A program made the translations under genes and the position numbers. A stretch of 42,554 nucleotides of DNA from a virus (lineage: Duplodnaviria; Heunggongvirae; Uroviricota; Caudoviricetes): the IMG/VR virus record IMGVR_UViG_2802429237_000001, positions 1 to 42,554 of that record; one strand, given 5' to 3'. The notes below the pieces were generated by a model. The model was not told where the DNA came from, did not search any database, and saw nothing but the letters and a program-made list of their open reading frames with translations. Position 1 is the first letter of the stretch. Every line of letters begins with the position of its first letter. This document shows positions 26,650 to 36,643 of the stretch, piece by piece.

Positions 26650-27591
26650 ATGATTACTTTTGATCAGGCAACCGTTGACAGCTCTGGTGCCTTTCTCATC
26701 GGGGAGCTGGAGCGACTCGACCAGACGCTGAACCTGCCACTGGTGGGGTACACCTGGACCCGTGATATTCAACTGCGTGAAGATGTCTCCATCGCAGATG
26801 ACATTTCCAGCTGGACGAATACCAGCTTCGCCGCTGCGGGTACTGGTGCAAATCCGAATGGCAAAAACTGGGTAGGCAAAGACTCAACCGCTATTGCTGG
26901 CGTGAACGTGGATATCGGCAAATCCGGTAACCCGCTGAACCTGTGGGGGATGGAACTTGGCTGGACGATCATAGAATTGCAGGCTGCTCAGCAGGTCGGC
27001 CGCCCGATTGATACGCAGAAGTATGACGGTATGCAACTGAAATGGCAGATGGATAACGATGAACAGGTATATGTTGGCGATTCCGCATTAAACCTGAAAG
27101 GCCTTGTCACCCTGGACGGCGTGCCTGTCAACAACGCTGCCAAAACGTGGGCAACCTCAACACCGGACGAAATCCGCGCGAGCATTAACCAGGTGCTGTC
27201 TGATGCGTGGGCCGCTTCCGGTTACTCTGTGGTTCCGCGTGATTTGCTGATCCCGCCTGAGCAGTTTGCTCTGTTGTCCAGCATCATCGTTTCATCTGCG
27301 GGTAACCAGTCCCTGTTGACGTATCTTCAGACCAACACCATCAGCTATCACCAGAACGGTGTTCCGCTGAATATCCGCGCGGTTAAATGGCTGAAAGGCC
27401 GTGGTGTGGGGAAAAAGGATCGCATGGTTGCGTACACCAACGATAAAAAATACGTCCGCTACCCGCTGGTTCCGCTTCAGAGCGTGCCGGTGCAGTATCG
27501 CGGTCTGTATCAGATCGTCACTTACTACGGCAAGCTGGGTGCGGTTGAGCCAGTGTACAAAGAAACCATTTCGTACGTTGATGGCATCTAA
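26650..27591 (+). CDS. Putative major capsid protein
   Basis: 313 aa; SD aagga; position after scaffold/decoration genes; followed by a GC hairpin. Confidence 0.65.
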   Translation: MITFDQATVDSSGAFLIGELERLDQTLNLPLVGYTWTRDIQLREDVSIADDISSWTNTSFAAAGTGANPNGKNWVGKDSTAIAGVNVDIGKSGNPLNLWGMELGWTIIELQAAQQVGRPIDTQKYDGMQLKWQMDNDEQVYVGDSALNLKGLVTLDGVPVNNAAKTWATSTPDEIRASINQVLSDAWAASGYSVVPRDLLIPPEQFALLSSIIVSSAGNQSLLTYLQTNTISYHQNGVPLNIRAVKWLKGRGVGKKDRMVAYTNDKKYVRYPLVPLQSVPVQYRGLYQIVTYYGKLGAVEPVYKETISYVDGI

Positions 27592-27632
27592 CAGCCACAT
27601 GGCCCCCTGGCGGGGCCATTAAGGATGACCCG

Positions 27633-27854
27633 ATGGCAAAAAATAATGCAGTAATACACGTACATACCCCGTTTGTGCTCACGCTTCCCGACGGTTCACG
27701 GCGCGAGTTTGTTAAAGGCCGTCATGCTGTGGAGGAAGACGTTGCCACGCACTGGTTCACTCGTGCGCACGCGGAAGTATCCGTTGGCAAAGCCACAGAC
27801 GCGCGTAACGAGGTAAAAAATGCCAAAGAATCAAAGTCTGCCAGCGGTAAGTGA
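27633..27854 (+). CDS. Hypothetical small head-associated protein
   Basis: 73 aa; SD aaggatg; overlaps the next gene by 35 nt. Confidence 0.45.
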   Translation: MAKNNAVIHVHTPFVLTLPDGSRREFVKGRHAVEEDVATHWFTRAHAEVSVGKATDARNEVKNAKESKSASGK

Positions 27855-28227
27855 TTTTCGCCGCGACTTCCCGCAGTTTGCTGACCCTGCCAAATATCCC
27901 GAAGCGCAAATCCAGTTTCGTCTGAATCTGGCCGATGAACTGCTGAGTGAAAACGTCACCGGCAAAAAGTTGTTTCCGTACTTTGCCGGATTGTTCGTTG
28001 CGCACTACATGACGCTCTGGGCGGCAGACAGCAGAGCGATGCTGGCTGGTGGTCCGGGCGGTTCAACCAATGGTGTTCAGTCCTCAAAGTCCGTTGACAA
28101 GGTAAGCGTCAGCTATGACACCAGCGCGACGCTGAATCCTGATGCAGGTTTCTGGAATAACACCCGATATGGCGCTGAATTTTATCAGTTGATCACGATG
28201 TTCGGTGCAGGCGGTCGCCAGCTATGA
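27820..28227 (+). CDS. Putative head-tail connector protein (DUF4054-like)
   Basis: 135 aa; strong SD gaggtaaaaa; position. Confidence 0.55.
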   Translation: MPKNQSLPAVSDFRRDFPQFADPAKYPEAQIQFRLNLADELLSENVTGKKLFPYFAGLFVAHYMTLWAADSRAMLAGGPGGSTNGVQSSKSVDKVSVSYDTSATLNPDAGFWNNTRYGAEFYQLITMFGAGGRQL

Positions 28228-28778
28228 GTTTCAAAAGCGGTGTAACAACGAGGGTGGATAACGCTAAGGCCATTCTGGATGCGCTCAGGTCGTTAACCAA
28301 AAAAGATGTGCTGGTCGGCATCCCTTCGGAAGACAGCGAGCGGGATGATGTTCCGTTTGGTAATGCGGGCATCGGTTACCTCAACGAATACGGCTCACCA
28401 GAGCAGAACATCCCGCCACGACCTCACCTGGTCCCCGGCGTTAAATCGGCAGAAGAGCAGACGGTGCCGCAGCTCAAAACCGCGGCGCAGGCTGCTCTTG
28501 ATGGTAATGCTGCGGGAGCAGAACGCGCACTCAACCGTGCCGGAACGCTGGCCGCTAATGGCGTCAGGCGTTACATGACTATTACCGACTTTACGCCGCT
28601 TGCTGACAGCACTGTTGAAGCCCGGGCTCGTCGGGGGCGCAAGGGGGCAACACTGGAACTTGCCCGGCGTGTTGCTGGCGAATCTCCCGGAACCGATCTG
28701 GCGAAACCATTAATTGACACCGGGCAATATCGCAGAGCTATTACCCATGTAGTGAGGGATAAAGATGCCGACTCTTGA
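28224..28778 (+). CDS. Putative head completion/virion morphogenesis protein
   Basis: 184 aa; translationally coupled ORF in the head-tail joining block. Confidence 0.55.
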   Translation: MSFKSGVTTRVDNAKAILDALRSLTKKDVLVGIPSEDSERDDVPFGNAGIGYLNEYGSPEQNIPPRPHLVPGVKSAEEQTVPQLKTAAQAALDGNAAGAERALNRAGTLAANGVRRYMTITDFTPLADSTVEARARRGRKGATLELARRVAGESPGTDLAKPLIDTGQYRRAITHVVRDKDADS

Positions 28779-29154
28779 TGTAACAGATGTGCTTTTTGAC
28801 CCCGATTTTTGCGACTTCAATTTGTGGGTAACACGCCGAGTGCAAACGGTGGATGAGGACGGGATCGGCAGCGACAGTGAAGTTAAAAAGCAGTTTGCCG
28901 GAGTCGTAACTGTTGATCGCTCTCTGGAAAACCGCCGTATGCAGGCAGGGCAGGTAATCAGCGGTGCAATTCTGATTGTGACGACTGAGCGACTGACGCA
29001 GGGACAGACTGGTCGTGATGCCGATATCGTGACGTATCAGGGCCGTGATTATCGTGTGACCTTCGTCGACCCGTATACAGCTTATGGGGCCGGATTCGTT
29101 CAGGCGCATTGTGAGTTGATGCCGTTTGATGGGGGAACTCCGGTTGAGCAATAA
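28765..29154 (+). CDS. Putative head-tail joining protein
   Basis: 129 aa; SD gtgaggga; coupled to flanking genes. Confidence 0.5.
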   Translation: MPTLDVTDVLFDPDFCDFNLWVTRRVQTVDEDGIGSDSEVKKQFAGVVTVDRSLENRRMQAGQVISGAILIVTTERLTQGQTGRDADIVTYQGRDYRVTFVDPYTAYGAGFVQAHCELMPFDGGTPVEQ

Positions 29155-29692
29155 CACCAGTACAGAGCGCGGATGGTTAATACCAACCAGTGGCGATCCG
29201 GATTATGACGAAGCGCTCGACAGGCTGTTAAGCCAGTGGATGCGTAACGTTTCCGGTCTGTCTGCCGGGATGGTTCGCCCGCGCTGGCAGAAAGAGCAGC
29301 CGCCACTGCTACCGGTTGAAACGAACTGGTGTGCGTTTGGGGTTATCGGATGGTCAGGTGATGACAGTCCGGCATTCACCAGACAGACCGATGATGGCTC
29401 TCAGCTCTGGCGGCATGAAACGATTGAGTGTATGGCTTCGTTTTATGGACCGGCGGGGATGGTGTATGCGTCCCGGTTTCGTGACGGTATATCTGTGCCG
29501 CAGAATAATGCAGCACTGAATGCGCTGGGGCTGTCTCTTGGCGATTACACAGGTCTGACTCCCTTCCCTGAACTTATTAATCAGCAATGGGTCCGCCGCT
29601 ACGATATGACGGTGCGCCTGCGCCGGAAGGTTGTGCGCGAGTACGGTATTAAATCGCTGGTGGAAGCACCAGTCATCTTTTTCGGAGATTAA
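29129..29692 (+). CDS. Putative tail completion/neck protein
   Basis: 187 aa from ATG at 29129 (track start 29126 is TTG); precedes the sheath gene. Confidence 0.5.
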   Translation: MGELRLSNNTSTERGWLIPTSGDPDYDEALDRLLSQWMRNVSGLSAGMVRPRWQKEQPPLLPVETNWCAFGVIGWSGDDSPAFTRQTDDGSQLWRHETIECMASFYGPAGMVYASRFRDGISVPQNNAALNALGLSLGDYTGLTPFPELINQQWVRRYDMTVRLRRKVVREYGIKSLVEAPVIFFGD

Positions 29693-29695
29693 GCT

Positions 29696-30841
29696 ATGGC
29701 ACAGGGCTTGCCTGTATCAAACGTTGTTAATGTTGATGTGATCATGTCGCCGCGTGCAGCATCAGGGCGAAATTTTGGTGCATTACTCATTCTCGGCCCG
29801 TCCACAATCATTCCGGTAAGTGAGCGCATTCGCCGTTATTCTGCCGCGGAAGATATTGGAAAAGATTTTGGTGTGGAATCACCAGAATATAAGGCTGCGC
29901 AGGTGTTTTTCTCACAATCACCGAAACCTCAGGAGGTTTTTGTTGGTCGTTGGGTGAAAACGAAGGGAGACAGCGAACAGGCCACGCCTGAGACGCTGGA
30001 GCAGGCTGTGAATGCCATGCTCGATTATACTTCATGGTATGGGCTGGGGATTGCAGACGAGGAAGATATTCCGGATGCAGACTGGCTGAAAGTGGCTGCG
30101 GCGATCGAATCCTCTTCTGTAAGCCGTATTCTGGCGATTACGACAAGCGATGAGAAATGCCTGCAAACTGCATCCAGCGATGATTTGGCATCAAAACTGA
30201 AAACCGCCGGATATTCACGCAGTTTTATTCAGTATTCATCGGGTAATAAATACGCTGCGTTATCTGCATTTGGCCGGGCATTCACGGTTAATTTCAATGG
30301 CAGTAATACCGCGATTACGCTCAAGTTTAAGCAGGAGCCGGGTGTCGGGTATGAAACACGGACAGTCAGCCAGGCATCGGCACTTGATGCAAAAAACTGC
30401 AATGTGTTCGTGTACTACCAGAATGATACAGCTATCCTCCAGCAGGGAGTGATGGCCAACGGTGATTTCTTTGATGAACGCCACGGCCTGGACTGGTTAC
30501 AGAATTATGTGCAGACCAACCTCTATAACCTGCTTTATACCAGCACCACGAAAGTTCCCCAGACTGAAGCCGGTATTACCCGACTGTTATCAAGTGTTGA
30601 AAAATCACTGGATCAGGCCGTTCAGAATGGACTGATTGCTCCGGGCGTATGGAACGGTGGCGACCTTGGTCAGTTGTCATCAGGTGACACGCTGCCTAAA
30701 GGTTATTACGTATACGCCCAGCCGCTGGATGAACAGGCACAATCAGAACGTGAAGCCCGTAAGGCTCCGGTGATTCAGGCTGCAATAAAACTTGCAGGCG
30801 CGGTTCATTACGCTGACGTACAGATTAACGTTGTTCGCTAA
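29696..30841 (+). CDS. Putative contractile tail sheath protein
   Basis: 381 aa; gene order sheath, tube, chaperone, tape measure; SD ggaga. Confidence 0.65.
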   Translation: MAQGLPVSNVVNVDVIMSPRAASGRNFGALLILGPSTIIPVSERIRRYSAAEDIGKDFGVESPEYKAAQVFFSQSPKPQEVFVGRWVKTKGDSEQATPETLEQAVNAMLDYTSWYGLGIADEEDIPDADWLKVAAAIESSSVSRILAITTSDEKCLQTASSDDLASKLKTAGYSRSFIQYSSGNKYAALSAFGRAFTVNFNGSNTAITLKFKQEPGVGYETRTVSQASALDAKNCNVFVYYQNDTAILQQGVMANGDFFDERHGLDWLQNYVQTNLYNLLYTSTTKVPQTEAGITRLLSSVEKSLDQAVQNGLIAPGVWNGGDLGQLSSGDTLPKGYYVYAQPLDEQAQSEREARKAPVIQAAIKLAGAVHYADVQINVVR

Positions 30842-30851
30842 GGGGAAGTGA

Positions 30852-31292
30852 ATGTCTACCTATTCTTTTATGGATGTCACTGCGACGCTGACCGGGCCGA
30901 CCGGTTCGATTGACCTTGGGTACGGTTCTGCAAGTTCTGAAGAGGGGATTGTGGTTGCGATGGGCGGTCCTAAAAACACCATGACCATCGGTGCTGATGG
31001 CGAAGTGATGCACAGTCTCCATGCAGATAAAAGCGGGACGATTACCGTTAACCTTCTGAAGACATCACCGACAAATAAAAAATTGTCGCTGGCGTATAAC
31101 GCCCAGAGCCAGTCTTCTGCCACATGGGGGAATAACGTTATCGTGATCCGCAACAAGGTCAGCGGCGACATCATCACGGCACGCAGTGTTGCGTTCCAGA
31201 AACAACCGGATAACGCCAACGCTAAAACCGGTAATACGATGCCGTGGGTGTTTGACTGCGGCAAGATTGACCAGGTTCTCGGGGAGTTTTAA
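30852..31292 (+). CDS. Putative tail tube protein
   Basis: 146 aa directly after the sheath gene with SD aggggaag. Confidence 0.6.
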   Translation: MSTYSFMDVTATLTGPTGSIDLGYGSASSEEGIVVAMGGPKNTMTIGADGEVMHSLHADKSGTITVNLLKTSPTNKKLSLAYNAQSQSSATWGNNVIVIRNKVSGDIITARSVAFQKQPDNANAKTGNTMPWVFDCGKIDQVLGEF

Positions 31293-31295
31293 TAC

Positions 31296-31748
31296 ATGGA
31301 ATTCGAAATCAAAGGTGTGAAATATCGCGTGGCAAAACTCAGCGTTTTTGACCAGCTGAAAGTGACCCGCAAACTTCTGCCGGTGCTGGCAGGAATGATG
31401 TCAGATTTCGGGAGCATTCGCTCCCGTTTGCCTGCTGATGGCAAAATCGACACCGTGAAATTCGAGCAGTTAAAACCGGTGTTTGAATCCATGCTCCCGC
31501 GTATCGCTGAGGAACTGTCTTCCCTGACCGAAGATGACACCGATGCGATTATTCACCCCTGTCTTGCGGTGGTATCGCGGCGTCATATGGACGGATGGGT
31601 GCCGGTATTTACCCGGGGCGAACTGATGTTTGATGATATTGACTTGCTGGTCATGCTGCAGCTGGTGGCGCGGGTGGTCGCCGATTCGCTGGGAAATTTT
31701 TTGCCTACACCCCTTACCAGCACGACGCAGAGCCTGCAACAGGGCTGA
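31296..31748 (+). CDS. Tail assembly chaperone (G-like)
   Basis: 150 aa immediately upstream of the tape measure gene; contains slippery heptamer T_TTT_TTG near its 3' end. Confidence 0.65.
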   Translation: MEFEIKGVKYRVAKLSVFDQLKVTRKLLPVLAGMMSDFGSIRSRLPADGKIDTVKFEQLKPVFESMLPRIAEELSSLTEDDTDAIIHPCLAVVSRRHMDGWVPVFTRGELMFDDIDLLVMLQLVARVVADSLGNFLPTPLTSTTQSLQQG

Positions 31749-31945
31749 CGTTTAACAGCCTGCCGGACGGGCTGTCCTACCTTCTCAATCCGGTTGACGC
31801 CGGGTTAATTCCTTATACAGCACTTAAAGATGGCTCTGTCGATTTGTACGACATTGCTCTCTTGAATGACCATCTGGTGGTAAAAGCGGATAACCAGCGG
31901 CGCATTGAGAAATGGAGAGAGGATAATGAACGCCGAGACTATTAA
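31697..31945 (+). other. -1 frame extension of the tail chaperone (G-T-like fusion), inferred
   Basis: Slippery site T TTT TTG at 31697..31703; the -1 frame stays open for 82 codons to TAA at 31943..31945, overlapping the tape measure start. Confidence 0.45.
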
Positions 31946-33914
31946 AGATTTCCTCGTCTCGCTTGGCTTCAGTGTGGATGATGCAGGAGCGAAAAAATTC
32001 GGTTCTGTTCTCGCCGGTACAACTGCAAATGTCATCAAAATGGGGCTGGCCGTCGAAGGAGCTGCGCTGTCCGTGGTGGCCTTCACGGCTAAGATCGCCT
32101 CTGGTCTGGATAATCTTTACTGGGCGTCACAGCGCACCGGCGCGACAGTCCAGGGAATTCAGTCTATTGGCTATGCGGTTTCGCAGGTTGGCGGCAGCGT
32201 GGACGCTGCGCGATCTTCTCTGGAAAACCTCTCCCGGTTTATTCGTAACAATCCCGGGGCAGAGGGATTTCTGAATCGCCTGGGCGTTCAGACACGGGAT
32301 GCCAGCGGCAACATGCGTGACATGGCCGCTATCTTTACGGGCGTTGGACAGAAACTCAGCAGCATGCCGTATTACCGGGCTAACCAGTATGCGCAGATGC
32401 TGGGCATTGACGAAAATACCCTTATGGCGATGCGCCGGGGTGTGGGTGGCTTCTCCGGGCAGTACAGCGCAATGGCGAAAGCTATCGGCTTCAATGCTGA
32501 CGAGGCGGCCAGAAGCTCCAACAAATTTATGACCTCCCTGCGTGAGTTTGGCGCGATGGCAGGCATGGCCCGTGACAAAATCGGCTCTAATCTTGCGGGG
32601 GGGCTTGCGGGTTCGCTGGACACCCTGCGCCGCCATATCCTGGACAACTTCCCTCGTATCGAGCAGACCCTGACGAAAGCCATAAAAGGCATTCTGGCGC
32701 TCGGGGATATTATCGGGCGGCTGTTCTTCAGACTGATTGAAGGAACATCAGGCCTCATCACCTGGTGGCAATCGCTGGATAAGCAAACGCGGGAGTTGAT
32801 CTCGCTGTTTGGCGCACTGACGATTGCGCTGCGCATTCTGAACAGTACGTTCTGGATGTCGCCGGTTGGCCTCATTACCGCGCTGGCGGCGGGGATTGCC
32901 CTCCTGTGGGAGGACTATCAGACCTGGAAGGAAGGCGGCGACAGCCTGATTGACTGGGGCAAGTGGAAACCGGAGGTCGATGCCGCGTTGAAGATGGTTC
33001 GTGACCTTAAAACGACCGTTAACGACCTGGCGAAAGCGCTGGCGAAACTGCTCAATATTGACCCCAAATCATGGTCCCTGAAGTGGGATTTCAGCAACTT
33101 CATCGACCAGATGGGCGAATTCAGCAAAATGCTGAACATGATCGCCGACCTGCTCAACGCTATCAAAGATGGACGCTGGGCTGATGCCGTCAGCATCGGC
33201 AAACAGATACTTAATCAGGGCAGCGAAAATCAGTCAGCGATGCCGATGGTTACAGACAGCGCTAACAGTACTGCCGACTGGATTAAAGAGCACTGGGGAT
33301 TCGATCCCCGCAGTGTGGGCCGGACGGTACGCGGCTGGTTTGGTGATGATGAGCCGGAACAACATGCACAGGCTACAAAACGAGGAGAGCGGAATAACAA
33401 TCCGGGAAACCTTAATTTTGCTGGTCAGGCGGGGGCTTCTCTTGAACATCCGGGCGGGCGATTTGCCAGATTTGAAACTGCCTTTGATGGATTACGGGCT
33501 CTTGCTCGTCAGTTAATGTTGTACGCCGGGCGAGGAATAAACAGTGTGGAAAAAATTATCTCTACCTGGGCACCTGCCTCTGATAATAACAACACAACTG
33601 CGTATATCAGGGCTGTATCGCAACGACTGGGAGTGGATCCCCGGGCTGCCCTGAATATGAGCGATCCGCAAACCATGTCAGCATTGATGAGCAGCATTAT
33701 CCAGCATGAGAATGGAAGAAATATCTATTCTCGAGAGCTGATTAATAAGGCTGCCGTGGCGGGAATTAGTGGCAAAGTGACAGAGGTTAACCAGCAAAAT
33801 ACCTACCACATTTACGGTGGCGGAGATCCGCACGCTGTCGGTAATGAGGTTGCACGTCGGCAACAGTCTGCAAATGCTCAGGTCATGCGAAGTAATCAGG
33901 TGAGGGTGGGTTAG
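31926..33914 (+). CDS. Tail tape measure protein
   Basis: 662 aa from ATG at 31926 with SD ggagagagga (track start 31905 is TTG); long helical hydrophobic stretches. Confidence 0.8.
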   Translation: MNAETIKDFLVSLGFSVDDAGAKKFGSVLAGTTANVIKMGLAVEGAALSVVAFTAKIASGLDNLYWASQRTGATVQGIQSIGYAVSQVGGSVDAARSSLENLSRFIRNNPGAEGFLNRLGVQTRDASGNMRDMAAIFTGVGQKLSSMPYYRANQYAQMLGIDENTLMAMRRGVGGFSGQYSAMAKAIGFNADEAARSSNKFMTSLREFGAMAGMARDKIGSNLAGGLAGSLDTLRRHILDNFPRIEQTLTKAIKGILALGDIIGRLFFRLIEGTSGLITWWQSLDKQTRELISLFGALTIALRILNSTFWMSPVGLITALAAGIALLWEDYQTWKEGGDSLIDWGKWKPEVDAALKMVRDLKTTVNDLAKALAKLLNIDPKSWSLKWDFSNFIDQMGEFSKMLNMIADLLNAIKDGRWADAVSIGKQILNQGSENQSAMPMVTDSANSTADWIKEHWGFDPRSVGRTVRGWFGDDEPEQHAQATKRGERNNNPGNLNFAGQAGASLEHPGGRFARFETAFDGLRALARQLMLYAGRGINSVEKIISTWAPASDNNNTTAYIRAVSQRLGVDPRAALNMSDPQTMSALMSSIIQHENGRNIYSRELINKAAVAGISGKVTEVNQQNTYHIYGGGDPHAVGNEVARRQQSANAQVMRSNQVRVG

Positions 33915-34501
33915 TGGATATTCTCTCTACACTTTTTCATCAGCAGAGCAGAAAAATAGGAATGATTGTTCCCAGTGTTGTTATTTCAGAGAAGCATACA
34001 GATATGCTTGAAATAACAGAGCATCCGGTAGAGGTCGGGGCCGCTGTCGCTGATCATGCCTATAAAAAACCGTCAGAAGTGGTGATGGAGGTTGGTTTCG
34101 CCGGTGGCGGCGCATTGCTGGATTTTGCCAGTAACCTGACGGCTACCAGCCTGCTCGGCCTGAGTCCTCAGCAGACGTATCAGGAGCTACTGGATCTGCA
34201 GGAAAGCCGTATCCCCTTCGATGTGGTAACCGGTAAACGACTGTACAGCAACATGTTGATCCGGGCGCTGGAAGTGACGACGGACAAGACAACCGAAAAC
34301 GTCCTGTCCGCCGTCATCACCCTGAGGGAGGTCCTTATCTCCCGGACACAGCAGATTACCGCCGCGGATAAAACCAACATGAAGGAAGGGGCCAGCACGT
34401 CGGCGGTACAGAATAGCGGCAACAAAACCACAAAGCCTCCAGATACTTCACTGCTGAAAAGCATCACGGGTAACGTGGTGTCATTACTGGGGGGCGGTTA
34501 A
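33914..34501 (+). CDS. Putative tail protein (Mu gp43-like position)
   Basis: 195 aa; GTG start overlapping the tape measure stop (TAGTG); alternative ATG about 48 nt downstream. Confidence 0.5.
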   Translation: MDILSTLFHQQSRKIGMIVPSVVISEKHTDMLEITEHPVEVGAAVADHAYKKPSEVVMEVGFAGGGALLDFASNLTATSLLGLSPQQTYQELLDLQESRIPFDVVTGKRLYSNMLIRALEVTTDKTTENVLSAVITLREVLISRTQQITAADKTNMKEGASTSAVQNSGNKTTKPPDTSLLKSITGNVVSLLGGG

Positions 34502-34803
34502 TGACAATTCAGGAAATTCCGCTGACAGCGGACAACCAGCAGTTCAGCATCGTCCTGGGTGGTGTCACCTGGCGGATTAGCATCATATGGCGAGATCCTT
34601 ACTGGATTATGGACCTGCAGAACGACAGAGGAGAGCCGGTAATCTCCGGTATTCCTCTCGTCACTGGCGCTGATCTGCTGGCGCAGTACGCCTGTATGGG
34701 GCTTGGTTTTAAGCTGTTGGTGGTCTGCGATGACAACACACAGGATTATCCCACGAAAACTGACCTGGGCGGTCGCAGTCATTTACTGGTATCAACGGAG
34801 TAA
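34501..34803 (+). CDS. Putative small tail/baseplate protein
   Basis: 100 aa; start overlaps upstream stop (TAATG). Confidence 0.5.
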   Translation: MTIQEIPLTADNQQFSIVLGGVTWRISIIWRDPYWIMDLQNDRGEPVISGIPLVTGADLLAQYACMGLGFKLLVVCDDNTQDYPTKTDLGGRSHLLVSTE

Positions 34804-34805
34804 GC

Positions 34806-35882
34806 ATGTCACAGAACTGGATGAGACATTTCGAGCTGCAGCTTGTGGACGGGAACGGTCAGGGAATTGAGCTAAGTGATTTCAAAGTCACCTTTACGAT
34901 CGACTGGTTCAACATCAGCAGCGCGTCCCGGGTAGGGACTATCAAAATTTATAACCTCTCGGCAGATACTGTGAACCGAATTACCGGGCAGGAGTTTTCG
35001 AAAGTGCGTCTGATTGCGGGTTACGACGGTATCGCGCCGGAGGTGTCGGCAAGCGACGTCGGGACAGTGCGGGAAGTTGACGCGGCGGACGTGGGCCAGA
35101 GTGATGGTCGCAACTACGGACTGATTTTCAGCGGTGAAATTCGCTACTCGGTCACAGGAAAAGACAGTCCGGTTGATTCCTACGTCCTGATTCAGGCAGC
35201 AGATACTGATCTGGCTTTTGCCACCAGTATAACCTCACAGACGCTGGCTGCCGGTTACACGGTCGCTGATGTGAACCGTGCGCTGATGAAAGACTTCGAA
35301 GCCAAAGGCGCGACCGAAGGCCTGACGCCTGAAATGCCTGCTAATGTATTCCCCCGGGGGCGGGTGCTCTTTGGCATGACGCGGCATCTAATGGATAACG
35401 TAGCCGGGCAATGTGGCGCAACATGGCAATTCGTGGACGGTCAGCGCCAGATGGTGGCGAATAACGAATATGTTCACGAAGCGATTGTGCTCAACAGCGC
35501 TACCGGGCTTATCGGTATGCCGCAGCAGACCATCGGCAACGGCGTAAACGTCCGCGCGCTTATTAATCCGAACATCCGGGTTAACGGGCTCATTCAGCTG
35601 GATCAGGCTTCCGTCTATCGTACTGCGTTGTCGAACAACGATATTGCGATGGCTGGTGGTCAGATCACCGACCAAAACACGGACGGAAATATCACGCTCA
35701 GCGGCACCATATCGCAGCCTGCCAGCATCGCAACGGATGGCGTTTATATTGTGCGCGGGATTATGTACACTGGTGACACAAGGGGCCAGGCGTGGTACAT
35801 GGACATGATGTGCGAAGCGCGTGGCGCGGCGGATTTACTTTCGTCCTCAGCGCAGCAAAGGATTTATTCATGGAGCGTATGA
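34806..35882 (+). CDS. Putative baseplate hub protein (Mu gp44/P-like)
   Basis: 358 aa; position after tape measure and two small tail genes. Confidence 0.55.
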   Translation: MSQNWMRHFELQLVDGNGQGIELSDFKVTFTIDWFNISSASRVGTIKIYNLSADTVNRITGQEFSKVRLIAGYDGIAPEVSASDVGTVREVDAADVGQSDGRNYGLIFSGEIRYSVTGKDSPVDSYVLIQAADTDLAFATSITSQTLAAGYTVADVNRALMKDFEAKGATEGLTPEMPANVFPRGRVLFGMTRHLMDNVAGQCGATWQFVDGQRQMVANNEYVHEAIVLNSATGLIGMPQQTIGNGVNVRALINPNIRVNGLIQLDQASVYRTALSNNDIAMAGGQITDQNTDGNITLSGTISQPASIATDGVYIVRGIMYTGDTRGQAWYMDMMCEARGAADLLSSSAQQRIYSWSV

Positions 35883-36217
35883 AGTTAGTTCTGACAATTT
35901 CGTTACTGTTTTCCTGCTCATCGGCTTTCGCTGATTTGCAATGCGGGGGATACCGACTTCATGCATCTGATAACGGGTGGACGAAAATCAACGGCGAACA
36001 GGTAACATCTCAGAAAATTAAGTTTCTTGGTCAGAAAGATGACTGGGACAACGTTAAAACCGACATGGGCCTGATGCCTTCCCGCGATGGCAACAATTAC
36101 GGCTTTGAGTTTGTGAAGCGTAACGGAAAAGCCTTCCTGAACGTCCAACTGCTGCAAAACAGCATGGATGCTCCGAAAATCATTGGATCTTACCCTTGTA
36201 AGAAAATTGCTGATTGA
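35870..36217 (+). CDS. Secreted hypothetical protein with signal peptide (cargo within tail operon)
   Basis: ATG at 35870 or 35879; signal peptide MKLVLTISLLFSCSSAFA then DLQ; cysteines in the mature part; lower GC than neighbours; own terminator downstream. Confidence 0.6.
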   Translation: MERMKLVLTISLLFSCSSAFADLQCGGYRLHASDNGWTKINGEQVTSQKIKFLGQKDDWDNVKTDMGLMPSRDGNNYGFEFVKRNGKAFLNVQLLQNSMDAPKIIGSYPCKKIAD

Positions 36218-36235
36218 ACATTTTTAGTATTCATT

Positions 36236-36269
36236 GAAAAAGCCTCATATCGCCGTGAGGCTTTTTTTT
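36236..36269. terminator. Bidirectional intrinsic terminator
   Basis: gaaaaagcctca-tatcgccg-tgaggctttttttt between convergent genes. Confidence 0.6.
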
Positions 36270-36280
36270 GGGGATGTTAT

Positions 36281-36502
36281 TTAGACTTTCGTACCTATAA
36301 ATCCGCCATCCTTAAATCTAGCTTTGAAATTTTCTTTATTACAATCAGTCATTTTATGACATTTCGGGCATTGTTGCTTGTTCCCAAACAAAACTCCAGA
36401 CTGAAGGGACTCACGATCCCCAATCCATATAGCTGAAGGAAACCATGCTCCACAATGCAGGCATTTGACCTGAATATCGGTTGTTTGCGAGTCAGTGCTC
36501 AT
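36281..36502 (-). CDS. Zinc-ribbon protein (73 aa), opposite-strand cargo in tail module
   Basis: ATG at 36502 with SD aagga; two CxxC pairs (CLHCG and CPKC); the track ORF extends further upstream to 36565. Confidence 0.55.
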   Translation of the reverse strand: MSTDSQTTDIQVKCLHCGAWFPSAIWIGDRESLQSGVLFGNKQQCPKCHKMTDCNKENFKARFKDGGFIGTKV

Positions 36503-36643
36503 ATCTAATCCTTGTAAAGATTTAATTGCTGTGATTGATAAGCGGAAAACGGTTAATAAAACCAACCACTATCCGAACATATAGTTTGATTGCTCTTAAC
36601 AAAAATATCAAAGTAAGTGTTTTAAATTATTGGAGCCTATCAA

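Noticed and set aside
32127-33202. Minus-strand ORFs (169, 167, 94 aa) antisense to the tape measure gene
   Set aside because: Shadow frames of a GC-rich, repetitive gene; no RBS; interrupting the tape measure gene is not credible.
36281-36565. Zinc-ribbon protein as an Ogr/Delta-type late activator
   Set aside because: Cysteine spacing (CxxC, about 23 residues, CxxC) and flanking sequence do not match the Ogr/Delta pattern I recall; kept as a generic zinc-ribbon protein.
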